From the NCBI GenBank assembly GCA_045600105.1, contig JAZRXG010000041.1, forward strand, positions 43,081-107,080: DNA of 64,000 bases, given 5' to 3'. Origin of the DNA: Eubacteriales bacterium. GTDB lineage: Bacteria; Bacillota; Clostridia; Oscillospirales; CAG-382. Under the pieces are notes generated by a model. That model made no database searches. It was not told where the DNA came from and worked only from the letters and a program-made list of their open reading frames with translations. Position numbers and translations under genes: made by a program. Shown here piece by piece: positions 55,128-64,000 of the stretch. Each line of letters begins with the position of its first letter. The first letter of the stretch is position 1.

Positions 55128-57116
55128 TTACTCTGCTTCGCAGTATTTGACGATCGCGTCGCGAAGCATCGTCATTGCCTGCTTCATGGTGACACCGGTG
55201 AGCTTTGCGCCCGCGGAGTCGAAATGACCGCCGCCGTGGATCTGCTCGAGAATGAGCGACACGTTGACGCTGCCGTCGCTTCGTGCCGAAATGTGGATGG
55301 CGTCGTCTATCACGGTAAGAGTGAAGGACGCGCGTATACCTTCGATCTGAAGCATGCGTTCTGCCGCCTGAGCCGCGGTGATGCGGTTTTCGGGCGTGTT
55401 GTCGTTGTCGTACTGGGTTATCGCGAATATCTTGCGGAATACGAATATACTGCGTTCGAATTCGGCAAGTTTCTTGAACTCGCCCATCTTATACTTGAAC
55501 ATCGACTGCGCTCTCATGGTATTGGCGCCTTCGCCGCGCAGATAAGTAGCCGCCGCGAACGTGCGTATACCTACGCTGCGTACGAAATTCTGCGTATCAA
55601 GCAGTATTCCGGCAAGCATGAGTTCCGCTTCTTCCTTGCATATCGTGTTCGGCGGAAGCACTACCTCGAGCATTTCGCTCACTATCTCGCTCGCGGACGA
55701 AGCCGTCGGTTCGATGTAGGTTATCTCGTGCTTCCTATCGAATTCCTGCGTTTGTCTGTGATGGTCTATCACGACGACGTGCTCGGCTTTGCGGTATATC
55801 TCGGGAGACTCGAATATCTTTTCGTTGCTGACGTCGGTTATGACGACGAGGGTCTCGGGCGTGAGAAGTTCCTGCCCGTAGACCTTGTCGATGAACATAT
55901 CGTCGTATTCCTTGATGGGAAGCAGACGCGCCGAGCAGAGCTCAAAATTCTGACATTTCAGGTCGGTGACCATCTTGACGTTCTTGCCGAGCCACAGCGC
56001 AAGACGCGCGATACCGACGCCCGACGCTATCGAGTCGAAGTCGGGGTTCGAGTGGCCCATGATGATTATGTTTGAAGCTTTGCGTATCTCGGACACGAGC
56101 TGTGTCGCGACGACACGCGATTTGATCTTGGTGCGTTTCTGTATCGTCTTTGTCTTTCCGCCGAAGAATTCGTTGTCCGCTCTCGTTTTGACGACCGCCT
56201 GAGCGCCGCCGCGCTGAAGCGCGAGCTGGAGCGAGTTCTTTGCCGCCTCGTCCTTTTCGGAAAGCGTTCCGTCGATCCTCGAAAGACCTATCGAGACCGT
56301 GAGGGGCACGCCCTCGTCGGTATCGGAAACGTCGTAAACCTTATCAAGAATGTCGAACTTGGAATCGAGCTGCTTCTGGATATAGCGTTCCTCGAGCAGA
56401 ATGATGTATTTATCGCGCTCGTATTCCTTGATGACGCCGTTCATCGAGGCGACCCATTCGTTGAGCACGCCGGATATTTTCGCGGATATCTCGCGGTATC
56501 TGTCCTGCTGCATGCCGGACGCAAGCTCCGTGATGTTATCTATCGCGGCGTAAGCGACGAGCGTGTTGGAATCGAGATATTCCTTGTAAAGGTCTTCGTA
56601 TTCGGTCGATTTCATCCATACGACGAGATAGAAGCTCTTTCTCATCGTTTCGATGAGATGCGGGCGTATGCGGTAATGGTCGCTGCCGATCTTCACGGTA
56701 ACGTACTCCGTACCGTTTTTCTGCATCTCGGTAAATTTCTGTATATCGACCTCCCCGTTTCCTATCGTCCCGCATTGTTCGCCTATCTTGATGCCGTCGT
56801 TGTAAAGGTCACGGAGCGCCTCGTTGTACCACGAAACGGCACCGTTGGCGTCGCAGAGCAGAACGGGCATATCGCAGCCCGAGATGAAATCAAAGGTGTG
56901 TGACGCGAGCGACTTCCCTGCCATACTGTTCTTTACGTCACCGCTGCCGAAATAGAGGTAGATAAACACGTAAAGAACGTAAAGGAGCAGAAGAACGCAG
57001 CACATTATTCCCGCTTTGACGTTGAAAAGCAGCGCGATGACCGAAAGGGCGACCATGAACGCGATGCTTATTATGAAAGCGAAAAGATTGTTTTTGAAAA
57101 AATTCTTGGGATTCAT
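55128..57116 (-). CDS. gdpP: GdpP/YybT-like DHH-DHHA1 phosphodiesterase (c-di-AMP phosphodiesterase family)
   Basis: 662 aa. Two N-terminal TM helices, a degenerate GGDEF-like middle, DHH (VVIDHH) and GGGH motifs. Conserved gdpP-rplI-dnaB order. Confidence 0.85.
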   Translation of the reverse strand: MNPKNFFKNNLFAFIISIAFMVALSVIALLFNVKAGIMCCVLLLLYVLYVFIYLYFGSGDVKNSMAGKSLASHTFDFISGCDMPVLLCDANGAVSWYNEALRDLYNDGIKIGEQCGTIGNGEVDIQKFTEMQKNGTEYVTVKIGSDHYRIRPHLIETMRKSFYLVVWMKSTEYEDLYKEYLDSNTLVAYAAIDNITELASGMQQDRYREISAKISGVLNEWVASMNGVIKEYERDKYIILLEERYIQKQLDSKFDILDKVYDVSDTDEGVPLTVSIGLSRIDGTLSEKDEAAKNSLQLALQRGGAQAVVKTRADNEFFGGKTKTIQKRTKIKSRVVATQLVSEIRKASNIIIMGHSNPDFDSIASGVGIARLALWLGKNVKMVTDLKCQNFELCSARLLPIKEYDDMFIDKVYGQELLTPETLVVITDVSNEKIFESPEIYRKAEHVVVIDHHRQTQEFDRKHEITYIEPTASSASEIVSEMLEVVLPPNTICKEEAELMLAGILLDTQNFVRSVGIRTFAAATYLRGEGANTMRAQSMFKYKMGEFKKLAEFERSIFVFRKIFAITQYDNDNTPENRITAAQAAERMLQIEGIRASFTLTVIDDAIHISARSDGSVNVSLILEQIHGGGHFDSAGAKLTGVTMKQAMTMLRDAIVKYCEAE

Positions 57117-57146
57117 ATAATATCCCTCCCGTAAATGGAGCAGGCT

Positions 57147-59384
57147 TTACATCAGTTTCTGCTGCATGAATTCAATGTCGTCCTCCTCAAAGATCCCTCC
57201 GGTGGACGGAAGCGCGGTCTTGCGGTAGCGGCTCTCTTTTTCAAGCGGCCTCGTATCCTTGTCATAATACTCCGCCGACACCACCTTCTGATCTTTCTTG
57301 AGAGTGAATATCGCGGCTCCGTACGACGTGCGCGTCGATTTTTCGGAAAGCTGTTTATCCTTGATTATAAGCGCGCGGTAATTATCCGATCTTACGAGAT
57401 ATTCCTTGTCTTTTGAGGACGGAAGTATCGCGACGCAGGGAGAACCGTCGAAGAAAGCGTTTTTGAGTTTCTTTCTGTTGGTCTTGGTCTGGTACGTTTC
57501 GATCGAGAACTTGACGGCTTTTCCGTTTTCGAAGAAGAACGCGAGGTCGTAATCGTAGTTTCCGGCAGGATAACACGCGATTATCCTTTCGTCCTGCTCG
57601 AACCCGAGCATCGCAGGAACGAAGGTGCCGAGAGCGCTTGCCTTGGTGTCTTCGAAATCATAGGCGTGCGCCTTATAAAGCTGCGCCTTGTCGGTGAAGA
57701 ACAGCAATTCTTCTCTGTTCGTGGATTCCACGGTATAAAGCAGGCTGTCGCCTTCTTTGTATTTCTGCACGTCGTTGCCTCTGAGCGACGCCGCGGTGCA
57801 TTTCTTGAAATATCCCGCTTTGGTGACGAACAGAGTGACAGGATAATCTTCGATCTTTGACGCTTCCTCGAATATCTCGTCAACGTCATCATCGTATATG
57901 ATGTCGGTGAACCTGGGCTTGCCGTATTTTTCTTTGATGGCGGTAAGCTCCTTGATGATATACTTCTTTATCTTCGAGTTGCTCTGTATGAGAGAGTAAA
58001 GCTCTTCGATATCCTTTTCGAGCCCTTCGATCTCGTCGATGTTGTCGAGCAGATATTCTTTGTTGAGGTTGCGGAGCTTGATGTTGGCGATATATTCAGC
58101 CTGTATCTCGTCGATGTCGAAGCCGTTCATCAGGTTGGGGATTACTTCGGCGTCTTTCGACGTCTGTCTGATTATACGTATCGCCTTGTCGATATCGAGA
58201 AGTATCTTTTTGAGACCTTCGAGCAGATGGAGTCTGTCCTTCTTCTTGTTCCAGTCGAAGGTGAATACCCTTCTGAGGCACTCGATGCGGAACGCGATCC
58301 ATTCGTCGATGAGGTCGGGGATGCCGAGCGTACGCGGAGTCCCGCCGACGAGCACGTTGAAATTGCACTTGAACGTGTCCTCGAGATGGAGCTTGCCCAT
58401 CTTGAATAGCTTGGACATGAACTGATCGGGATCGACGCCCCGTTTGAGGTCGATGGTGATCTTCATGCCGTTGATGTCGATCTCGTCGCGTATATCGGAA
58501 ATTTCCTTTATCTTTCCCTCTTTGACGGTTTTGGTTATGGCGTCGATTATCTTTTCGGCAGTCGTGGTATACGGTATTTCGTATATTTCGATGCAGTTTG
58601 CCGCTTTGTCATAACGATATTTCGAGCGGAATCTGAGGTTGCCGACACCGGTCTTATAGACCTGGAGCAGCTTTTCGCGGTCGTAGATAAAGCTTGAACC
58701 CGTGGTGAAGTCGGGGGCCTTGACCGTGGCAAGCAGTTCCTCGTCGGTTATCTCGCCGTTTTTGAGCATTATTATCGTGGCATCGCAGATCTCGGCAAGG
58801 TTGAACGAGCATATCTGGCACGCAAGTCCCACGGCAATGCCTGCGTTGGGCGACACGAGTATGTTGGGGAACGCCACGGGGAGCAGCACGGGCTCGGTGG
58901 TGGTATTGTCGTAGTTCGGAACGAGGTCGACGGCGTCCTTGTCGATACCGGTGAAAATAGTGTCGCAGAACTTATCGAGCTTGACCTCGGTATAACGTGA
59001 GGCGGAGTACGCCATATCGGAATACTGCTTGCCGAAGCAGCCCTTTGAGTCAACGAACGGATGAAGCAGCGCGGCTTTACCCGTAGTAAGACGCACCATC
59101 GTTTCGTATATCGCGGCGTCGCCGTGCGGATTGAGCTTCATGGTGGCGCCCGCCACGTTTGCCGATTTCGTCCTCGGCCAGTTCATGAGCCCCATTTTGA
59201 ACATCGTATAAAGAAGCTTGCGGTGCGACGGCTTGAATCCGTCTATTTCGGGTATCGAGCGCGACACTATTACCGACATGGCGTACGGCATATAGTTGGT
59301 CTCGAGTACCTCGGATATTTCCTGGTATATTATTTCCGCCGGTTTTTCTTCGACGGTCGGGGCAATTTTTTTCTTTTTAGCCAT
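57147..59384 (-). CDS. Type IIA topoisomerase subunit A (GyrA/ParC family, divergent)
   Basis: I prefer ATG at 59384 (MAKKKK; AAGGAG 9 nt upstream). YMPYAMSVIVSRSIPEIDGFKPSHRKLLY and the catalytic-Tyr region (AYSASRYTE) are present. At about 745 aa it is shorter than typical GyrA. Confidence 0.85.
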   Translation of the reverse strand: MAKKKKIAPTVEEKPAEIIYQEISEVLETNYMPYAMSVIVSRSIPEIDGFKPSHRKLLYTMFKMGLMNWPRTKSANVAGATMKLNPHGDAAIYETMVRLTTGKAALLHPFVDSKGCFGKQYSDMAYSASRYTEVKLDKFCDTIFTGIDKDAVDLVPNYDNTTTEPVLLPVAFPNILVSPNAGIAVGLACQICSFNLAEICDATIIMLKNGEITDEELLATVKAPDFTTGSSFIYDREKLLQVYKTGVGNLRFRSKYRYDKAANCIEIYEIPYTTTAEKIIDAITKTVKEGKIKEISDIRDEIDINGMKITIDLKRGVDPDQFMSKLFKMGKLHLEDTFKCNFNVLVGGTPRTLGIPDLIDEWIAFRIECLRRVFTFDWNKKKDRLHLLEGLKKILLDIDKAIRIIRQTSKDAEVIPNLMNGFDIDEIQAEYIANIKLRNLNKEYLLDNIDEIEGLEKDIEELYSLIQSNSKIKKYIIKELTAIKEKYGKPRFTDIIYDDDVDEIFEEASKIEDYPVTLFVTKAGYFKKCTAASLRGNDVQKYKEGDSLLYTVESTNREELLFFTDKAQLYKAHAYDFEDTKASALGTFVPAMLGFEQDERIIACYPAGNYDYDLAFFFENGKAVKFSIETYQTKTNRKKLKNAFFDGSPCVAILPSSKDKEYLVRSDNYRALIIKDKQLSEKSTRTSYGAAIFTLKKDQKVVSAEYYDKDTRPLEKESRYRKTALPSTGGIFEEDDIEFMQQKLM

Positions 59385-59396
59385 TGTCATTGCTCC

Positions 59397-61376
59397 TTAT
59401 ATATCTGCCATCGGCATATATTTCGCGCCGTAGTCTTCGATGAATTTCTTGCGCTTATCGATATCGTCGCCGAGAAGCGTGTTGAACATTTCCTCGGTCT
59501 TTTCTTCGTCCTCAAAGGTGATGCGGAGCAGGTGGCGCGTTGACGGCGCCATCGTGGTGCGCGACATCATATCGGCGTCGTTTTCGCCAAGCCCCTTGGA
59601 ACGCTGGACGGTATACTTGACCGAACCGAGTTTTTCGATTATTTCGTTCTTTTCCTTTTCGTCGTACGCGAAATACGTTTCGTCCTTGGTGTTTATCTCA
59701 TAAAGCGGGGTGAGCGCGATATAGACGCAGCCCTCGCGGATGAGAGTCGGCATAAGACGGAAGAACATCGTAAGTATGAGCGTGCGGATCTGATATCCGT
59801 CCTCGTCGGCATCGGTGCAGAGTATTATCTTGTTCCAACGGAGAGACTCAAAATTGAAAAGCTGCTGACCCTTGAGCTGCTTTCCCTGCATTTCGATACC
59901 GCAGCCGAGGACCTTGATGAGGTCGGTGATTATCTGGCTGTCGAGGATATCGTTATAGGACGCCTTGAGGCAGTTGAGCGTTTTGCCTCTGACGGGGATA
60001 AGCGCCTGGAATTCGGCGTTTCTCGCAAGCTTGCAGCTCGAAAGAGCGGAGTCGCCCTCTACGATATAAAGCTCGCACACGTTCTTGTCCTTTGAACGGC
60101 AGTTGACGAACTTTTCGACGGTGTTGGTTATGTCGAGGCTCGTGGTAAGCTGCTTTTTGAGGTTCTTTCTCATCTGCTCGCTGTTCTCACGCGATCTCAT
60201 ATTGACGAGCACCTGATTGCAGATCCTGTCGGCAGACTGCGGGTTTTCGATGAAATACACCTCGAGCGAGTGCTTGAAGAACTCGGTCATCGCCGTGGTG
60301 ATGAATTCGTTGGTTATCGCCTTCTTGGTCTGGTTGGCGTATGACGTCTGGGTCGAGAACGAATTGGAAACGAAAACGAGGCAGTCGCGCACGTCGTCGA
60401 ACGATATCTTGTTCTCTTTTGCCTTGTATTTGTTGTTGGTTTTCAGATATTTGTCGATGACGAAGGTGAACGCGCTCCTCAGCGCCTTGTCGGGAGAGCC
60501 GCCGTGCTCGAGGAACGAGGAGTTGTGATAATACTCTATCATCTGCACTTCGTTGGAGAAGCAGAACGCGAAGTTCATTTTGAGCTTGTAATCGTTCATA
60601 TCCGCTCTGTCTCTGCCGACGCGTTCGGCGGAATAGAACACGGGCTCGTTGAGATAGTTGACGCCGACGTTTTCGCAGATATAGTCGACGATGCCGTTCT
60701 CGTACGAATACTCGGTCTCCTCGAATTTGCCGTCGGGGTTCTGATAGGAAAGCGCGAGCACAAGACCCGAGTTGACCACCGCCTGCTTTCTGAGTGTGGA
60801 CTCGAGGAATTCCTTGGATATGTTTATATCGGTAAATACCTTGATATCCGGTTTCCAATGTATGACCGTGCCGGTCTTGTTCTTGGGGCAGGGCTCCTTG
60901 GAAAGCTCGGTGACGGGATTTCCCTCTTTGAAGGAGATGGAATATTTCGTTCCTCTCGTGTACGCCGTGACTTCCATGAATTCGGAAGAATACTGCGTGG
61001 CGCACGCGCCGAGTCCGTTGAGACCGAGCGAATACTCGTAGGCACCGCCGGACGCGTTCTGATATTTTCCGCCGGCGTAAAGCTCGCAGTAAACGAGCTC
61101 CCAGTTGTATTTCTGTTCTTTTTCGTTCCAGTCAAGAGGAACGCCGCGTCCGAAATCCTCGACCGTTATGGATTTGTCTTTATAAAAAGTGATATTGATA
61201 CGGCTGCCGTAGCCTTCGCGGTATTCGTCGATAGAGTTTGAAAGTATTTCAAAAAACGAATGCTCGCAGCCTTCGAGACCGTCCGAGCCGAATATTACGG
61301 CGGGACGTTTTCTTACTCTGTCCGCTCCCTTGAGGGACTGTATGCTTTGTTCGTTGTAATCGCTTTTTTTAGCCAC
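59397..61376 (-). CDS. Type IIA topoisomerase subunit B (GyrB/ParE family, divergent)
   Basis: 659 aa. GHKL ATPase N-terminus (KRPAVIFGS...FEILSNSIDE), TOPRIM (IVEGDSA, DADEDGYQI) and GLGEN motifs. Confidence 0.88.
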   Translation of the reverse strand: MAKKSDYNEQSIQSLKGADRVRKRPAVIFGSDGLEGCEHSFFEILSNSIDEYREGYGSRINITFYKDKSITVEDFGRGVPLDWNEKEQKYNWELVYCELYAGGKYQNASGGAYEYSLGLNGLGACATQYSSEFMEVTAYTRGTKYSISFKEGNPVTELSKEPCPKNKTGTVIHWKPDIKVFTDINISKEFLESTLRKQAVVNSGLVLALSYQNPDGKFEETEYSYENGIVDYICENVGVNYLNEPVFYSAERVGRDRADMNDYKLKMNFAFCFSNEVQMIEYYHNSSFLEHGGSPDKALRSAFTFVIDKYLKTNNKYKAKENKISFDDVRDCLVFVSNSFSTQTSYANQTKKAITNEFITTAMTEFFKHSLEVYFIENPQSADRICNQVLVNMRSRENSEQMRKNLKKQLTTSLDITNTVEKFVNCRSKDKNVCELYIVEGDSALSSCKLARNAEFQALIPVRGKTLNCLKASYNDILDSQIITDLIKVLGCGIEMQGKQLKGQQLFNFESLRWNKIILCTDADEDGYQIRTLILTMFFRLMPTLIREGCVYIALTPLYEINTKDETYFAYDEKEKNEIIEKLGSVKYTVQRSKGLGENDADMMSRTTMAPSTRHLLRITFEDEEKTEEMFNTLLGDDIDKRKKFIEDYGAKYMPMADI

Positions 61377-61410
61377 TTTTTCCTCCGATGATCAAAATAA
61401 TTGGGGGGCA

Positions 61411-62412
61411 TCAAGGTCTGTAAAAACCAACCTTTTTATAAACCTTGGAAAGAGTTCTGTACGCGAGCTTCGCCGCGTTTTCGGCGCCTTTGGTGATAAC
61501 GTCGTTGAGGTACGCCTTATCGGCAAGAAGTCTCTTGGTCTCTTCGCGTATCGGCGACAAGGTATCGATGACGGCGTCGCCTACGGCAGATTTGAAATCG
61601 CCGTAGCCTCTGCCGGAGAACTGAGTTTCGATTTCTTCAAAGTTCATGCCGGTGCAGGCGGAATATATGGTCATAAGGTTGGAAATGCCTTTTTTGTTTT
61701 CGGGGTCATATCTGACGCAGGTCTCGCTGTCGGTGACGGCGCGTCTGAATTTCGCTTTGATGATATTCGGCTCGTCCATGATGAGAACGCTGCCGTTCGA
61801 TTCCTCGGATTTGCTCATCTTGCTTTCGGGGTCGTCAAGGCTCATTATCCTGGCTCCTACCTTGGGAATGAACGGCTCGGGGATCTTGAACACGTCGCCG
61901 TAAACGCCGTTGAAGCGGTTGGCGATGTCGCGGCAGATCTCGACGTGCTGCTTCTGGTCTTCGCCCACGGGAACGAGGTCTGCCTGATAAAGCAGAATGT
62001 CAGCCGCCATAAGTACGGGATAATCGTAAAGACCGGCGTTGATGTTGTCAGTATGCTTAGACGCTTTATCCTTGAATTGCGTCATACGGTTGAGCTCGCC
62101 CACCATCGTGTAGCAGTTGAGCACCCAGCCGAGTTCGGCGTGTGCCGGAACGTGGCTCTGTATGAACAGTATGCACTTTTCGGGGTCGAGCCCCGCGGCG
62201 ATATACTGCGCAAGCTGCTCGAGCGTGCGGCGGCGGAGAGTTGCCGGGTCGTGACGGACGGTGATGGAGTGCATATCCGCGAGCATATAGAGGCAGTCGT
62301 AGTCGTTTTCAAGCGCCACCCAGTTTTTGATGGCTCCGATATATGAACCGAGGGTGAGTTCCCCGGTGGGTTTGATTCCCGAAAGTATACGCGGTTTTCT
62401 TTCATTTTCCAT
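61411..62412 (-). CDS. trpS: Tryptophan--tRNA ligase
   Basis: I prefer ATG at 62412 (MENERKPRILSGIKPTG). HIGH-like region TLGSYIG and KMSKS motif present. The ORF-track N-terminal extension runs through the promoter region. Confidence 0.95.
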   Translation of the reverse strand: MENERKPRILSGIKPTGELTLGSYIGAIKNWVALENDYDCLYMLADMHSITVRHDPATLRRRTLEQLAQYIAAGLDPEKCILFIQSHVPAHAELGWVLNCYTMVGELNRMTQFKDKASKHTDNINAGLYDYPVLMAADILLYQADLVPVGEDQKQHVEICRDIANRFNGVYGDVFKIPEPFIPKVGARIMSLDDPESKMSKSEESNGSVLIMDEPNIIKAKFRRAVTDSETCVRYDPENKKGISNLMTIYSACTGMNFEEIETQFSGRGYGDFKSAVGDAVIDTLSPIREETKRLLADKAYLNDVITKGAENAAKLAYRTLSKVYKKVGFYRP

Positions 62413-62469
62413 AATGATACATCCTTCTTGCACAGCAGTCCATACTATGCCTATTATTATACAATCTAT

Positions 62470-62498
62470 ATTGTAACATATATTTTTGAGATTTTCAA
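62470..62498 (-). promoter_or_regulatory. Putative sigma-A promoter of trpS
   Basis: On the minus strand: TTGAAA (62498-62493), 17-nt spacer, TACAAT (62475-62470). Confidence 0.5.
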
Positions 62499-62518
62499 CA
62501 AAAAAATCAAAAAAGTCA

Positions 62519-62547
62519 TTTACAAGCAAAAAAAAATGTTGTATAAT
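62519..62547 (+). promoter_or_regulatory. Sigma-A type promoter of the pduL operon
   Basis: TTTACA (62519-62524), 17-nt spacer, TATAAT (62542-62547). Confidence 0.6.
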
Positions 62548-62586
62548 ACTCTGTCAGAAGAAATACATACGAAAGGACTATCAGCA

Positions 62587-63159
62587 ATGAACAAAATTCT
62601 CGTTGAAACATCTGCACGTCACGTTCACGTTACTGCGGAATCCCTTGAGATCCTGTTCGGCAAAGGACACGAGCTCACCGTCAAAAAATATCTTTCTCAG
62701 CCCGGTCAGTTCGCTTCCGAAGAAAGGATCGACGTAGTCGGCCCCAAGAATACGCTCAAGAACGTATCCATTCTCGGACCCATCCGCAAGGCAAACCAGA
62801 TCGAGGTTTCCCTTTCCGACGCGCGTACTCTCGGCGTTGCCGCCCCCGTACGTGAATCCGGCGACGTTGCCGGCTCCGCTCCCGTCAAGCTCGTAGGCCC
62901 CTGCGGCGAGATCGAACTCACCGAAGGCTGCATTGCCGCAAAGCGTCACATCCACCTCACCCCGAAGGATGCCGAAGAATACGGCGTTGAAAACGGTCAG
63001 ATCGTCAGCGTCAAGCTCGACGATACCTCCCGTCCCCTCATCTTCGGTGACGTAGTCGTCAGAGTAAGCGAAAAATTCGCTCCCGCCATGCACATCGACA
63101 CCGACGAATCCAACGCGGCAGGCTGCGCAGGCACCGTATACGGCGAAATAATCAAATAA
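62587..63159 (+). CDS. pduL: Phosphate propanoyltransferase/phosphotransacylase PduL
   Basis: I prefer ATG at 62587 (MNKILVETSARHVHV). The duplicated PduL signature (SARHVHV ... AKRHIHL) and HIDTDESNAAG are present. Confidence 0.9.
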   Translation: MNKILVETSARHVHVTAESLEILFGKGHELTVKKYLSQPGQFASEERIDVVGPKNTLKNVSILGPIRKANQIEVSLSDARTLGVAAPVRESGDVAGSAPVKLVGPCGEIELTEGCIAAKRHIHLTPKDAEEYGVENGQIVSVKLDDTSRPLIFGDVVVRVSEKFAPAMHIDTDESNAAGCAGTVYGEIIK

Positions 63160-63189
63160 CGTCAATCAAATTAACGAAAGGAATACACT

Positions 63190-63885
63190 ATGCTTAACTA
63201 CTCCAAAGAAGTCAACAATATGTGCTGCATAGCAAAAGGCTGCGACCACGGTCCCGCCCCCATTCCCGAAGAAGGCAAATGGGTTCAGTCTAAGCAGATC
63301 ACCGACATTTCCGGCTACACCCACGGCGTGGGCTGGTGCGCACCCGAGCAGGGCGCCTGCAAGCTTTCCCTCAACGTCAAGAACGGCGTTATCGAAGAAG
63401 CTCTCGTAGAGACCATCGGCTGCTCCGGCATGACCCACTCCGCAGCTATGGCAGCCGAGATCCTTCCCGGCAAGACCATCCTCGAAGCTCTCAACACCGA
63501 CCTTGTCTGCGATGCCATCAACACCGCAATGCGTGAGCTCTTCCTCCAGATCGTCTACGGCAGAACTCAGTCCGCTTTCTCCGAAAACGGCCTCGTTATC
63601 GGCGCAGGCATGGAAGACCTCGGCAAAGGTCAGCGTTCCATGGTCGGTACCATGTACGGCACCAAAGCCAAAGGCGTCAGATACCTCGAAATGACCGAAG
63701 GCTACTGCACCAGAATGGCTCTTGACGAAAACGACGAAGTCATCGGTTACGAATTCGTTTCTCTCGGAAAAATGACCGACTTCATCAAAAAAGGCATGGA
63801 ACCCAACGAAGCATACGAAAAATCAAGGGGCACGTACGGCCGCTTCTCCGAAGCCGTCAAATACGTAGACCCGAGACTTGAATAA
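63190..63885 (+). CDS. NifU/IscU-like domain protein (annotated in relatives as iron-sulfur cluster assembly scaffold protein)
   Basis: 231 aa. A Cys-rich N-terminus (MCCIAKGCDHG) and a U-type scaffold-like segment (LVETIGCSGMTHSAAMAAEILPGKTILEAL). RBS AAAGGA. Confidence 0.6.
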   Translation: MLNYSKEVNNMCCIAKGCDHGPAPIPEEGKWVQSKQITDISGYTHGVGWCAPEQGACKLSLNVKNGVIEEALVETIGCSGMTHSAAMAAEILPGKTILEALNTDLVCDAINTAMRELFLQIVYGRTQSAFSENGLVIGAGMEDLGKGQRSMVGTMYGTKAKGVRYLEMTEGYCTRMALDENDEVIGYEFVSLGKMTDFIKKGMEPNEAYEKSRGTYGRFSEAVKYVDPRLE

Positions 63886-63899
63886 GGAGGTCCCGACAA

Positions 63900-64000
63900 T
63901 GGCTAATTTTGAAGGTTACGAAAGACGTGAGGCTAAGATCCTCGCCGTCCTCAAAGAATACGGTATCTCCTCCATCGACGAATGCAAAGAGATCACTCTC
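63900..64000 (+). CDS. N-terminal fragment of a probable GGGtGRT-family protein (runs off the right edge)
   Basis: ATG at 63900 after AAGGAGG. The translation MANFEGYERREAKILAVLKEYGISSIDECKEITL resembles my memory of GGGtGRT protein N-termini. Only 33 codons are visible. Confidence 0.4.

Noticed and set aside
22362-61241. Other long antisense ORFs: 22362-23381, 25045-25938, 26161-26952, 28471-29343, 34565-35449, 37592-38521, 48453-49505, 55224-56075 and 60504-61241
   Set aside because: Each is nested opposite a gene with strong motif support. Their abundance reflects stop-codon depletion on the antisense frame of codon-biased genes, not overlapping genes. Only ribosome profiling could overturn this.

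Overview
The window looks like chromosomal core sequence from a spore-forming Clostridia lineage. cotJABC, sigG, yunB and a dockerin-bearing secreted protein suggest a Ruminococcus/Oscillospiraceae-like anaerobe. It is densely coding and mostly housekeeping. Left to right: a SAM-I riboswitch and metK; a transglutaminase-like dockerin protein; fhs; an EEP-family phosphoesterase; a His/Cys-loop membrane exporter; a DUF1538 / tandem P-II / MMPL operon; a large DUF4434-like lipoprotein; one tRNA-Gly(CCC); a five-gene polyamine operon (SpeA-like decarboxylase, speE, speB, carboxy(nor)spermidine dehydrogenase and decarboxylase); a GLUG-repeat surface protein with an EEP lipoprotein; a GH2 hydrolase; cotJABC; dGTPase-like/dnaG/rpoD/pheS/pheT; ireB; an MBL hydrolase; potABCD; DUF368; an OmpR/HK two-component pair; sigG; yunB; rlmB; ftsH; tilS; dnaB; rplI; gdpP; a type IIA topoisomerase pair; trpS; and a pduL / NifU-like / GGGtGRT-like operon cut by the right edge. 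I found no mobile element, CRISPR array, rRNA or recognisable defence system. The most unusual signal is non-coding. At 15133-15415, between tRNA-Gly and the 3' end of the polyamine operon, the heptamer GTGATGT and its reverse complement ACATCAC recur in mirror order. Each interval holds a different short hairpin, so the region can fold into a ladder of four-way junctions. I cannot assign it to any RNA or repeat family I know. Secondary leads are a roughly 350-nt structured leader ending in an intrinsic terminator ahead of the polyamine operon, the mixed-route gene content of that operon, the uncharacterised DUF1538/P-II/MMPL operon, a promoter-to-terminator candidate sRNA at 27032-27108, and the pduL/NifU-like/GGGtGRT cluster. 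All protein calls rest on my reading of the supplied translations (motifs and remembered homologs). No database search, folding program or statistics were run.
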